The position numbers and the translations under genes were made by a program. From positions 15,376,001 to 15,440,000 of the forward strand of contig NC_045706.1 in assembly GCF_009834535.1 (NCBI RefSeq): a stretch of DNA of 64,000 nucleotides, in the 5' to 3' direction. Source of the DNA: Camelus ferus (Eukaryota). Of the stretch, positions 1 to 31,300 are shown in pieces (position 1 is the stretch's first letter; each line of letters starts with the position of its first letter). The notes beneath the pieces are model-generated. The model did no database searches. It worked only from the letters and a program-made list of their open reading frames with translations, and was not told where the DNA came from.

Positions 1-1639
1 ATATGACTTTGTTTGCAAAAAATCCACAGACTTGTGTGGAATCACAGATATATTGACCAAAAAAAAAAAAAAGATTTACAGGCTACGGAGGAAATGGATA
101 CAAACTGATGTGGAAACGTGGAGGGGGCAAGCAAGTCTACTTGAGAAAGGGAGGCAAAGAGATAGAGAAGGACAACGTTTGAGCTGGACCTTGTGGGTGG
201 AGAGTTTGTCAAGTAAGTGAATATTATACTAAAAGTGTTCACAGCACTATCTGCTTTACTCTTATTTTTTAATTTAATTTCTGCACTAGAGAGAGTTAAC
301 CAGGCCATTCTGATATGGTTGAAATGATCTGGATGGTCATCTGCTCTCTCAAATTCGGCAAATTAAGAGAGAAGGGTTGTGAGGAGGGGAGGGGTGGGGG
401 GGAACGCAGTGAAGATAGTGAATAATGTGCAAATGCCTAACAGCCAACATGTGAAGAGAAGCATCTTTCCTAAACGGATGGTGACACTAGTATCAAGTCT
501 ATTTATACAGCTCAGCAAATAAATACCGCATTAAAAACGTTCACAACACGGCCTAATAAATCCACAGCTCATCTCAAGTTTGGCTTATGTAAGCTGAGAG
601 GAATCCTGGCAGAGCCTTTGCGATTTCACCCACTTTGTTTGGAAGTGTGAGATATTAATTAAAGAAAAGCTGGATTACAGCATCCAGGCTGATTTGAGCT
701 GATGTGAGCTGGCAGCATCTTGCTAGCCATCTGTAATTGGACCGGTTTCTTCCTAAATCTCTCTCTTCTTGAGTTCAAGTCCTGCTCCTCCTCCACATAG
801 CTCATTGCTGGAACTTCTGATCGCCTAGCTGGGTCCTCATGATTTCGGCATTGTTTAGGCTTTGGGAAGACCCTTTTAATACAGCGTTAAATTTTGTGTA
901 ATTTTTTTTCCATCAAGATAATGAGATTGCAAAACAATTTAGGAGACAGCAGGACTGAGTTAGCATATTAGGCAAAAAACATTTGATCAAGGAATTACTT
1001 TTCCTTGGAGCACACACACACACACAAAAATCCTGCAAGTCCTACATATGAGTCTGAGCAAAAACAGCAATTATGTTTTCTCAGCAGTTCCTTGAAGGAA
1101 GTTTTCGAAGAGAGAATATAATTTCTGGCTATTTTAGTTGGTATCAATAGGTAGGTAGCTATTGATAAGTTGGGGATTGTGTTATTTGCTTTGGATGATT
1201 TATTGATAATCTTGCCTCATTTTCTATAGTCTAGCTCTGCACATTCTGCCCTTCTAAGCACTGAGTGCATTCTTATCCTCTCTTGCCATCCTCCTGCTCT
1301 AAGATTTGTATAGCCATTTACACCTTAGTATAAATGATACTTTAAATGGGATCCCTGGTCCTTGAGGTACTTTTATCGTAAGATTTGATGGTAATAAGAA
1401 TTATCACCTATAAAGGAGTTAAATATTATTGTTAATCAAGTGATCAACTGTTTCTTATCATTTTCACATGAAGCAATGTTTTAGAAAAGACTGATTAATC
1501 AGTCACAGGGAAGGCTGTTCCTGCCTTAATTCTTTATCAGCTAGAAATGAACCCTCCCTTTGAGGTTGAGGGGATGCCTTGATATCCAATTTCCCTACTC
1601 CATTTTAAAGTCTATGAGGGAAATTTTTCTTTTATACTT

Positions 1640-2150
1640 CTTAAATTGAGATGTAATTTACACACCTTAAAATTCACCTTTTTAAAGTGTACAGTTGAGT
1701 GGTTTTGAGTATATCCACAGAGTTGTTCAACAATCATCACTATCTCATTTCACAAAATTTTCACCACCTTAAAAAGAAACCAAGTACCTGTTAGCAGTGA
1801 CTCCCCATTCTCCCTTCCCCTCATCTCTTGGCAACCATTAATCTACTTTGTGTCTTTATGGATTTGTATATTGTGGACATTTCACATAAACAGAATCATA
1901 TAATATGTGGCCTTTCGTACCTGCTTTTCTCCACTTACATATTTTCAAGGATCATCTATGTTGTAGCATGTATCAGTACTTCATTCCTTTTTCTGGCTAA
2001 ATAATATTCCATTGTATGGATATATCACATTTTACTTATTCATACTTCAATTGATGGATGTTTCCCCTTTTTGACTTATAAATAATCCTGCTATGAACAT
2101 TCATGTACAAATTTTTGTGTGAACATGTATTTCAATTCTATTTGGAAAAA
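1640..2150 (-). mobile_element. Old L1M (L1MB/ME-like) 3' end fragment
   Basis: Typical antisense L1 3' text: aaattgagatgtaatttacac...aatctactttgtgtctttatggatttg...tattccattgtatggatata. Confidence 0.75.
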
Positions 2151-2586
2151 TTTTACCCCTAAGCAATTTTTACACCCATATCCTCCATTAGGCTATCACC
2201 TCCCAGAGGGAACATATTTAATTTCTGTTAATATCACCAGTGCTTGGCACAGTTCTCCAAACACAAGAGGTGCTCAAAAAGTGCTGATGGTGACAATCTG
2301 AAGGGCTTGAACAGTGTAAGGATTAAGGAGTTCTACAGGGTCTTGAGAATTTCTTTGGTCCTGCCAGTCACATTCTGATGGCTGTGCACCGGGTGGTTTG
2401 GCCTGTTCTAGAAAATCAAGTGAATTTTTTTCATTCTTCCAAATGTAAAATTTCAACCTTCACACCCCGCAATAAGTAAATACATAAGTGAGTAAATAAA
2501 AATCACCCGTCTTATGAGGCTTTCCCCAAACCAACTATATAGAAGTAATCTATAATTCTCTTACTCATTTAACATGAAATTTGTCC

Positions 2587-2725
2587 TTTTTTGCGGGGGA
2601 GGGGGGTTGGGTGTTGGTAATTAGGTTTATTTATTTGTTTGTTTATTGGAGGTACTGGGGATTGAACCTAGGAGCTTATGTATGCATGCTAAGCATGAAC
2701 TCTACCACTGAGCTGTACCTGCCCC
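2587..2725 (-). mobile_element. Vic-1-like tRNA-Ala-derived SINE
   Basis: Reverse complement reads ggggcaggtacagctcagtggtagag...ggttcaatccccagtacctcc...aaacctaattacc. Approximate 12-bp TSD: tgaaatttgtcc (2575-2586) and ttaaatttgtac (2726-2737). Confidence 0.9.
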
Positions 2726-4289
2726 TTAAATTTGTACTTTAACACAGGATTTAGGGCTATTGCATTTGTCCTGTAGTTGTCTATGTATATGTTTTTATTA
2801 CCCCATTTGATGATGAGGTTTGCAAAGTCAAAGATGCTTTATTACTCATCTCCTGCCCAGAAATCTAGCCTAACGCCTTTGTCATTGGCGCTCTGCATTG
2901 CTTGTTAACTTGAATGTTATATGGAGCCAGATGGCCATATAAATGGAGGGCTGTAAAACATGCTAACATAACAGGAACCTCGGTAGAATTCCCCTGGTTC
3001 TTGGAACAGAAGGTGTCGACTTTTATGGTTCTCCCGGGCAAGTGGCCCAGTAGATGAGTAGATATTATGGAAATCAGAAATGTATGAAAAATCTGAGTCA
3101 TTCCACACTTTCCTTGTTTGCACTTGGAAAGGATGTTCCATGCTCACTCCTATCTGTGTCACTGTGCCCTGCGGATTATCCTCTGCCAGAGCTCAAGTCC
3201 CCTCCTCCTCCAGGAAGCTTTCAGTGTGGTATGGAGTCGGAGTTGGCCTCCAAAGCAAACCGGTCTGGTTTATACGTCAGCCATAGCCTTGGGCAAATTA
3301 TTTAGCTTCACTGTGCTTTAGCTTCCCATCCAAAAGCTGGGGTAGTGACAGTCCTGGTGTCACAGGCTGCCGTAGGATGCAGTAGCATGCATATGCTCAC
3401 TGAACTTTAGTCCCGACTGGCACTCCATTCCACCACCATCTCTTTCCTCTATCAACATGCAGCTTGGTAGTGAGTGGTCCTCTAATTTTTCTTATCGGGT
3501 AATGTTACTTGGTCCCCCAATTATTTTCCTGGCTGTCTTGCCTCCAGAACACACATGAACACCAAGTGGCAGGCAAATAACAATGCCTCCACCACCACCA
3601 TCAAGATAACTGAGCATCCCAAATTAACATCACAGACACCCTGTACTAAGACCGAATAGACTGCTCATAACACCTCTTACACCCACACCAATAGCCTATT
3701 AACTCTTAGTGTAAATGGAGTGAGAACCATCTCTTCTCCCAGCCAATGGTATAAACAAAAGCAGTCCAGGATCATCTGGTGTAGGAGGGAAAAACCTTCT
3801 ATGTCTCAGTACATCTTAGAAAATACTCAGTGTGGTGAAATAATGCTCATTACCATGACCCTCAGTAAGAGGAGTTTAACAAGGTAAAAGAACGTTGACA
3901 AGTTTCAGAAAGATAATGATGAACACAATTTAAAAATTAAAATTCTAGAAGAGTGCCTTCTCAAATGATATCAGGTAAACAAGAGATCACGGTCATGGTC
4001 CTTCTCTTTTTTATTACGTCATGAGCTCTTGTTGAAGAGTTTTAGACCTTGTATATCTTTTGTGTCCCCGTGATAGCTCCTGCATCAGTACAGACTACTC
4101 CACAGAAACCTGTTCACTGTTGAGAAAACAGCTTACATTCAAAAGGCCCACTGCTTGGTTTTTAAATTAACTGAATCTGACCCTAGACCAAAAAAAGTTA
4201 TCAGAATCATTGATATGAATATTTTATTTGAAAACATTATCAGAATAGAATAATAATTATGAATTGGTATTTAACCCCAAATTTAGTGA

Positions 4290-4410
4290 TTCTTTCTTTA
4301 AACATGTATTTATCGAGCACGTGTCATGAGCGATGATACACTGTATTTAAATACTAGGAATATGGTGGTGAGCTAGGCAGCTGTGAACTGTCCCCCTCTT
4401 GGGGATTTCA
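4290..4410 (-). mobile_element. L2 3'-end fragment
   Basis: aacatgtatttatcgagcac...ggggatttcacattctag resembles the L2 3' terminus. Confidence 0.55.
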
Positions 4411-4418
4411 CATTCTAG

Positions 4419-4629
4419 AGCCGTGCTGTTCACCAGAACTTTCTGCGATGGTGAAAATTTTCTATATCTGTGCTGTCCAATTTAGTAGCCACTTGCCACA
4501 TAGGGCTACTAAATACTTACAATGTGGCTAGTGCAACTGAAAAACCAAAATTTAAATTTTATTTAATTTTAATTCCTTAAACATTTTAAAGTCACATGTG
4601 GCTAGTGGCTACCGAATTGGGCACCCCAG
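4419..4629. mobile_element. MER3 (hAT-Charlie) non-autonomous DNA transposon
   Basis: agaactttctgcgatggtgaaaattttctatatctgtgctgtccaat...cacatgtggctagtggctaccg matches the MER3 consensus. Flanked by ttctagag and ctccagag, a hAT-type 8-bp target. Confidence 0.85.
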
Positions 4630-5043
4630 CTCCAGAGGCCAGTAATGTGAGCGTAAAGTTCGCTTAAACCTTTCGATTTCCAGAACCATCTAGCCAGAGT
4701 TGATATTGAACATGGCTCCAGAGATCCTTCCAGATTCTTCATCCTCAGACAAAGACTTCGTTAACTCAGACTTTTTAAAGAGCTTTTTTAGTGAAACACA
4801 TGTCTTGCGTCTCTGTAAAATCAACGTCACTAAAGAACTCTGAGTTAATCCAGGTTCTGAGTCTGAAAGCCCGCTCCCTTTGGGCCTGTTTATGATACTT
4901 TACATTCTCCTTATCATCCCAAGGGGGAGCACTTGGCACAAGTCCGAAGAGAGAGGGGAGGTGGAGGGAGGTTGTCGTGTTTGAGCTTCTCAGCTTATTG
5001 AAGAATTATTGTTGTTCACCACCTGTCTCCACCCCCACCATAT

Positions 5044-5100
5044 ACTCACACCCGCACACGCACACGCACACACACACACACACACGCACGCACGCACGCA
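5044..5100. repeat. Compound (CA)n/(CACG)n microsatellite
   Basis: cacgcacacgcacacacacacacacacacgcacgcacgcacgca. Confidence 0.9.
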
Positions 5101-5864
5101 CTGTGTAAGTGCACAGCAGTTCACTGTCTACGTGACGATGACTGCCTTTCTGGAATATGTGCAAACGTGTCGGCAGCTTCAAGTCAGAGTGGATGTGTTT
5201 GGCCCTGCACGTTCATTGCATATCTTACCAGCTGCTACTGAGTTTTCCCTCTGATTAGTTTGTGTCCTTAACAGAGAGAACGAAGTGGAAAGATTCAGAT
5301 GCCCTCTGAGGCCTGATCTAGGGGCGTGAGGCTGGGAGGTGGCAGCTCCCACTGGAAAGCCGTGCAGGTACAGAAAAGATGTTGGAACCCAGGAAAGTCT
5401 TTTCACATCTCCAGGCTCTAGTTTCTCCCCTAGCAAGACTGAGGAGCTGAGAAATGAAGCTGGACAATGAGGAAGAGCTGCAGAAATGACTCGCCTGAAG
5501 CCACAGCACTAGGTCCCTCTCCCCATCCTAACACTTTCTGCATCTCATCCCCTCAGTGGCGTGTGGTGGCACAGAGTCAGGACAGGCAGCTCCTTCCAGT
5601 TCCTGATTATGACACTCCCCGGTGGCAGAGAGCAGAGAGTGAGAACCAGGCTTTTCTGCTCAGGAACGGGGTTCTTTTTTGGAGGGGGAGGCAAGGGGGG
5701 GTCCTCTTCTAGAACCGTTGGAAACTAAGGGCCTTCTTTTCTCAAAATTACCCATGTGCATATTCTGTGCTCTGCAGCCTCGCAGAAGATGCACATTCCT
5801 CTCCCCATGATGGGGGTGGGGGTGAAGCTCCCCAAAGTGCTCCCTGGCCCACCTGTCGTCCAGT

Positions 5865-5960
5865 CACTTGGGAGTTGCCATTAGAACGCAGATTCTGGGG
5901 CCCCACACCAGAACTACTGAATCAGAATCTTCGGGTTGGGGGAGACCTTGAAGTCAAGCT
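5865..5960. mobile_element. MER5A-like hAT fragment
   Basis: aacgcagattctggggccccacaccagaactactgaatcagaatct. Confidence 0.7.
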
Positions 5961-6356
5961 GTGACTTCCTTTTGGGAAATAGTCATTCACATGGGAGGAG
6001 CCCCTGAGGCAGAATCTGCATAACAAGTACCCTCACTGGTTCAGCTGCAGGAAGAATGTTCTGGGATGAAGCGAGGGCCAGGTGCAGGCTTTCCGCCCTC
6101 CTTGTACCTGGCAGTGCGTGGACTGGGAGCCAAGAGCACTGAATCCTCCTCCCGGCACTTCGGGAGCCATGTGAGCACTTCAGTGCCTCAGCCTTCAGGC
6201 TTCTACTCAGTGAGGGGGCTGAAGGGCCTGGTAGCTCAGGTGTGCCCATCCATCTCAGCTCTTTTACTGTCTGACATCTTTACATGGAGCAGAGCAGAAG
6301 GACTTCGGGACTTCAAAGCAGTGTATCCACCTTTGCTGGGTGTTTTTTAAAGTTTT

Positions 6357-6492
6357 GGTTTTTTTTTCTTTTTTGGGGGTGGGAGAGGTAATTAGGCTTA
6401 TTTATTTATTTATTTAATGGCGGCACAGGGGATTGAACCCAGGACTTCGTGTATGCCAGGCCTGCTCTCCGCCACTGAGCTACACCCTCCCA
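6357..6492 (-). mobile_element. Vic-1-like SINE
   Basis: ggtaattaggcttatttatttatttatttaatgg...ggggattgaacccaggac...ccactgagctacaccctccc. Confidence 0.88.
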
Positions 6493-6581
6493 CCTCCCCA
6501 CCACCATTGTTGATTGCCAGTTTTACCTTGATGGTTTTTTATTTCCTTCACTAAAGTGGCTTGGTTTCTTACTTCTGAAAG

Positions 6582-7070
6582 TGTCAATGAAAATAATTGA
6601 TAAACAATCACTAGTAAGAATAAAGAAGAGTTTTATTTGAGCCAAACTGAGGACTAGCCTGGAAGCCTGCTTCCCAGATTACTCTGAGAAACAGGATTTC
6701 CAGCACCGTTTTACATCTTATCAGAACAAAGACCATTAAACAAGTCAGGGTAACATTTCTTTAAGGTTTAAAAAAAAAAAAAGAGAACATGTACAGCGAG
6801 TCAGTATGGCCTTGACACCTGGGGAGTTACCATGAAAGGAGGACCAGCATTGGTGTCCCAGGAAGACAGACATTTAATCTTTACTTTTAACAAGGGCGTT
6901 CTTTACTTCTGGTCAATGTGCCCTTTTCTTTAATAATTAAAGCAAATGCACCAAGTATGTTTGATAGGCCACAAACAGGCTATTTTAGTTAACGTAAAAT
7001 TCAAGTTAACTCATGTATAAGCCAGAATGACTCCCCTGTATCTCAAGATGTGTACGCTTCTTTTATCACA
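6582..7070 (-). mobile_element. ERV1-like solo LTR (~490 bp)
   Basis: On the minus strand it starts TGTGAT and ends TGACA. It has cctcagtttggctcAATAAA near its 3' end (AATAAA at 6637-6632). TSD not convincing. Confidence 0.7.
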
Positions 7071-7084
7071 GGCTTAATATATGC

Positions 7085-7920
7085 ATATATATCTTTTTCC
7101 ACACCAGTATTTATTTTACATTATAAAAATGACATATACTCATGGTAAAAAAAAGAAGAAAAATATGCAAACATTACAGAAATGCCTCCCCCTCGCTGGC
7201 CAACCATGACCATACGTCGCAGAGACGATTCTTACTAGCAATTTGATGTATGTTCTTTTAGAACTCCCCCCACAAAAAAAATGTTGTTCCAGCAGCAGAA
7301 GCGTAACTAACCTTTACTCAATACTTGCTCATGTCAGGCAACGTGTCAGATGCTGTATGTACGTTATCCATTTCACAACAACCCTGTGAAGCAGAGATTT
7401 CTCTCCTTACTTAAGACTGGGAGAATTTTATACGCACTAGCACCAATCATTTATTTTTGTAAAAACCAGGTGCTGTTACACCTACTGCACTGCAACTTGC
7501 TTCTTTCAGTATTAATATATCGGCCACATCATTCCTAATGATGTTCCTAATTGAACATCTGCAGAAGGTTCAATTATATGAAGTCATTTCATAATTAAGC
7601 AATCCCTAAAGGATTTTTTTTTGTTACAAACAATGCTACCATGAACAATTTTTATATAGATATCTTTGTGTATCTGTGTATTTCCATAGGATAAACTTCT
7701 AGAAGTAGAAACAGTGGGTTGATATACACATATCAAATCACGATAGAGTACACCTTAAACTAATGCAATGTTATACGTCAATCGCATCACAATAGAACTA
7801 GGAAAAAAGTATAGTCAAAACTCCAATCCAGCTTAAAAAAAAAGAAAGAAAAACAGTAGGTCCAATGGGGCATGTAAATGAACATTTTTTAATACTTTCT
7901 GTACAATCCAGATAATAGAA
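7085..7920. mobile_element. Degenerate L1M fragments interrupted by a MIR (~7330-7400)
   Basis: AT-rich L1-like text (ttacaaacaatgctaccatgaacaatt, tacaccttaaactaatgcaatgttatacgtcaa). MIR core tccatttcacaacaaccctgtgaagcag. Confidence 0.5.
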
Positions 7921-8639
7921 GATGAACTATATTTGAGTGTCTCTTCTGTGTGCTGAAGGTCTTCTTAAATCTAAATCCAAATACCAAGTGAGGATTGGGA
8001 CATCTGTTTCTCAGGGCTGGTTTTAGATTCTTGGTTCTGCCACTAAATAGTCATGAAACCAGGAGCCACAAAGAAGGTCTATCATTAAACGTCTAAGGTG
8101 TTAATTCCTTCCCATGTGAAATAGCAACACAGTAAAATCTATTTTCTGAAGCCCTCTTTTCTCTACCATTCCCCGATTTGATCCATCCCTTAGCTCTCTG
8201 CATTTGTTTTCCTACTTACGAGAAAAGACTTGATTCTTTCAGCCTCCCAGGATCAATTCGATAATGCATCCATTAGTTAATTCCTTTCAAATTCATAAGT
8301 GCTAAGCGGGTCTCTTATTACTGGTAGGGCAAGCAGATCTTTGCTGGATATAACTTTATAATTGCTTCAACTTCTAAAATAGTTACTGGGTCTTTAAGAA
8401 AACAAGATAATTATTGAAGCCAAGAGGCCACTGTGTCTCAGCATTCTGGTCTATGAACATGATGAGTAGCAGGAGGTGTTTGGGAAGGCTGATACGGTAT
8501 CACATCTCTCTAGGGAATCTCGCCTTCCTGGAATGAGTATTTCCAACTGTCCATTCCCTAACAAAGAAGAGATTGTGCGGAGCATGAATGACCTCACAGA
8601 ACACACAGCACATTTCAGATGAGAAACTTACCCAATCTC

Positions 8640-8850
8640 TGTCTGTGGTGTGTGGGACAAAGACTGAGATAATAAGGTCTTACATTTTCCCCATGTTCCA
8701 TAGTCATTATCCCACTTGGGCCTCTCAACATCCCTGATGCAATAGCCAGAGAAGGGGTAGTTATTCCCATTGTTAAAATGCAGATGGAGAAATTCAGAGA
8801 AGTGTGCTGACTTGCCTCCGGTCACACAGCAGGGAGTGGCAGAGCCCAGC
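8640..8850. mobile_element. MIR SINE in the PLEKHS1 3' UTR region
   Basis: ttattcccattgttaaaatgcagatggagaaattcagagaagtgtgctgacttgcctccggtcacacagc. Confidence 0.65.
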
Positions 8851-8897
8851 ACAGAGTCTGGGGCCCATCCTTGCTCAAGGGCAGTGGGCCCCGGCAC

Positions 8898-28142
<19,245 letters not shown>

Positions 28143-29934
28143 TAAGGCTGTCTGTTCTCACCTGTCAAAAAGAAGGGCGAAGCATTAGTCCTCAGACAAC
28201 AGGATGCTTCACTGATTAGCCACTCAGTTACCAAGGATCAGGATGGTGCTCCCAAATGTTGGCGAGGTGGGTTATCAGCTCCCCCCTTCCCATCTGCCCC
28301 TGAGGCTGATAGTAGCCATGGTAACGAGGACCTATCCAAGCAGCCTGTGCTCACCAAGTGGCAGTTCCAAGGAGGTGTTGCCAGGATGACTGAAGGAGCC
28401 ATCTTCCCTGGCCTTTCTCTGCTCCTGCTTCATAAGTGGTTCTGACAAGAGAGCCCTCGGGGACAGCAACACCAAGGAGGAGAGACAAGAACAGGGCAGA
28501 GGGCAGGATGCTACCCACCAGCTGCAGCTGAGAAAGCATTTCTGGCCAAAAGGAGGCCCAAGATAAGCCCTTCTCCATGCCAGGAACTCACTTTCTCCAG
28601 AGGGAACCCTGAGTGCCAGGGCCAGGGCATATCTCTGTTCTTAAGTTGCCTCAGCCACTTGAGTGACCTGTTTCCAAGGCTACCCAACCCTGGGGGGGGG
28701 GGCTGAGGCTGAAACTGACACAATGAAACTGACTCTAGAGGTGGAGCCCTTTCCTGGACAGATCTGCTGGCGATCCCATGACCGACACAGGGGCCCTGCA
28801 AGAAGAGGAATCCCACGGGATAGAAGGCCACAGGGTCGATGATATCTTTGAAACAAAAATGTGTTGGTGGCTAGTTTTTACCTTGAATTAGTAACACTCT
28901 CAAAATAGGAGGAAGCAGTGAACGGAGCAGTCCCAGGGCAGTCCCAGTAAATGGGAGGAGGCAAAGGGCCCTCCACCATCCAATTGGCATGAGGTCATGC
29001 CTTCTGTCTCCTGAGTTCTCCCTTTCTCCAGTATAAAGTCATTCATTCCTCCTAAGGTATGAATGACTCACAGCCATTCTTTATAAATATAGATATAGTA
29101 TCTATGTATAGACATAGATATGTAGTATACGGAGATGAAAGTCTTAAGGTTAAGACCACCTTGGTGAAAGCACTGGGCCACTGAGGCCAAAATCCCCTGT
29201 TCCCAGGAAGAGGGAAGAGCATTTCTGCACAAGGATGAGGAATGTATCCTATTTAAAATTTTGCCCCCACCCCCTGCAAAAAAAAAAAAGGATGTTTAAA
29301 AAAAATTTACCCCTGAGGTTTTGCTTCAAATCCATGAGGTTCTTTCTAATTTCAGGGATTTCATTGCCTGAAGCAGAACTGGGGGCCAGTGGTTTTCAGC
29401 CCCCTGCCTTACTCTTCATCTATGCACGTGGGACTTGGCCATCTTTCCCAAAGGGCATTTAGCCTAGTGAGCTATGGAGTTCAAAGATCAGATCAAAGAC
29501 TGTGCAGGACAGACTAGCTGAGGGTAATATATTTTAAAGCAGTGTGTTTCCTGCAAGCTCTTTGTTAAAAAGCCAAAAATCAATTTTCTTGATAAAATAA
29601 TTATCTGTTAAGATTTTACACTTTGTAAAATGTGTTTGGTTACATGATTTGTAACCAAATTTGGTGTCTCAGGGCTGTCCCCCGTGAGAAAACTCCATTT
29701 GAGAGAGGAAGAGGAGACTTGGGCTGGGCCCCACAGGGTCCCCCACATCGCCCCACACAACAATGACACCCACGCTCCCTGTGCACTGTGGATGGCTAAG
29801 AGAACTTTGGAAGACATTTCCGGCTTCCCAATGTCTGGGAAAGGCCCCAAAATTCTGTTTAGGAAACACTCTTCCCACTTTTTTTTATGTTTTTGCTTTT
29901 TTTTTTTTTTTAACCCATTGTAAAATGAGATGAC

Positions 29935-30660
29935 AGGTGAGGCAGTAGGATGTGGTGGTTTAGAGGGTTAACTCTGGAATCTGGGTTTCATGTTCACCCT
30001 CATCAGTTATGAGATGTCATCTTGGGTACATTATAACACCTCTTACACCCCTCTTTCTTCATCTGTAAAATGGAAGTGATAATATCACCATCCTCATGGG
30101 ACTGCTGTCAGCATCACTTGAAATAACTTGGCAAAGAGCATTCAGTATCTTCTAGGCTCAGTAAGTGCTACTTTGTGAGGTGGTTTCCAGCTCAGATAGT
30201 CTACGATTCTCTGGTTATTTAATAATGACTAGCATGTATTGAATTCTTAATACATTCCAAGCACTTCTAAGCAAAATTTGTATAATAGATTTCATATACA
30301 TATATATATATAGTGGATTATAGCTATATATAATGGATTTCATATAATATATAAATATTTCATATTATCTATATTAATTTCATACTATATATATGAAATC
30401 CAGTGTATGTATACATATATATGAGATCTAGTGTATAAGTTTTGTTTATATAATAGAAGCAATATTATATTATATATTATAAATATGAAATCTGGTGAGA
30501 TTTAACACAGCAATGAGATACAACAATACTCTAAGGTTTACACTGTTTTTCAATGATACAATATCCGTTTTACAGATGAGGGAACTGTAACCAGAGAGAG
30601 TAAGCAATTTGCCTTTGATCACATAAATAAAAAGCAGAGCTAGAATCCTAACTTGAGAGC
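29935..30660. mobile_element. Two MIRs; the second is split by an AT-rich expansion (~30285-30495)
   Basis: ttcttcatctgtaaaatggaagtgataat and ccgttttacagatgagggaactgtaacc cores. Confidence 0.6.
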
Positions 30661-30995
30661 TGGCGTCTGAACTACTTTGCCCCTCCTTTTATTCACGAGA
30701 AGAAAAGAATTAAATCTTTTCATAGTTTGGCTTTCCTTTCTCGTCAGTGCCCCCAAACGAAAAGCCTTTTAGGTTTAGCTCTTCGATCTTATTCGGGGAG
30801 ACTCTACACCACTCTCCTGGCCTAACCTGTTATTGGGATGAGATCTGTTACGTGTGATTCCAAGAGGTCCTAGTTCCCTCTGTGCAGCCCAAGAAGATGA
30901 TGAAGAAAGAGCCCATAACAGCAAGTCTTCTCAATTAAGCATCCAGATCACCGCAGCCTTGATAACCCAAACCAATCACATCGAACAGTACTTAC

Positions 30996-31065
30996 CGGAA
31001 GCCAAGGAGTCGCAGGTTGAGTTCTCAGCAAACTGTCCTGTCCCTGGGTCTCCTGGACTTACTCT
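30996..31065 (-). other. PLEKHS1: Inferred non-coding first exon of PLEKHS1 (3' end defined, 5' end approximate)
   Basis: Perfect donor CCG|gtaagt at 30996/30995, 2.8 kb upstream of the AUG exon and next to promoter-like motifs. No transcript data, so this is inference. Confidence 0.55.
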
Positions 31066-31084
31066 GCTCACTCCGAGCTCTGAG

Positions 31085-31300
31085 GATTTAAACACAAGCT
31101 TTGTTTGAAATGTGAACCAACGGGAAATTCCCAAATTTCTATCTTCGGGCAGATTTTATCCTTGCCCCGAGCTGAAGGAAGCTGGTGACCCAAGGGAAGT
31201 CCGGGGCTCTCATTCTGCGTGTGGTTTGGCACAGAACCGCCCCTGGCACTACAGTTGTGTAACAACAAAATGAAAGCAAACAAATAAAAAAACTTCCTGA
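31085..31300 (-). promoter_or_regulatory. Candidate PLEKHS1 proximal promoter
   Basis: Just upstream of the inferred first exon: TTTAAA at 31087-31092, ETS core GGAAGT at 31195-31200, GC box at 31237-31243, FOXA-type TGTTTGC at 31276-31282 and ETS AGGAAGT at 31292-31298. Motif matches only. Confidence 0.4.

Noticed and set aside
1-6500. Search for exons of the next gene expected by synteny (DCLRE1A)
   Set aside because: No spliceable coding sequence recognised; the region is repeats and intergenic DNA.
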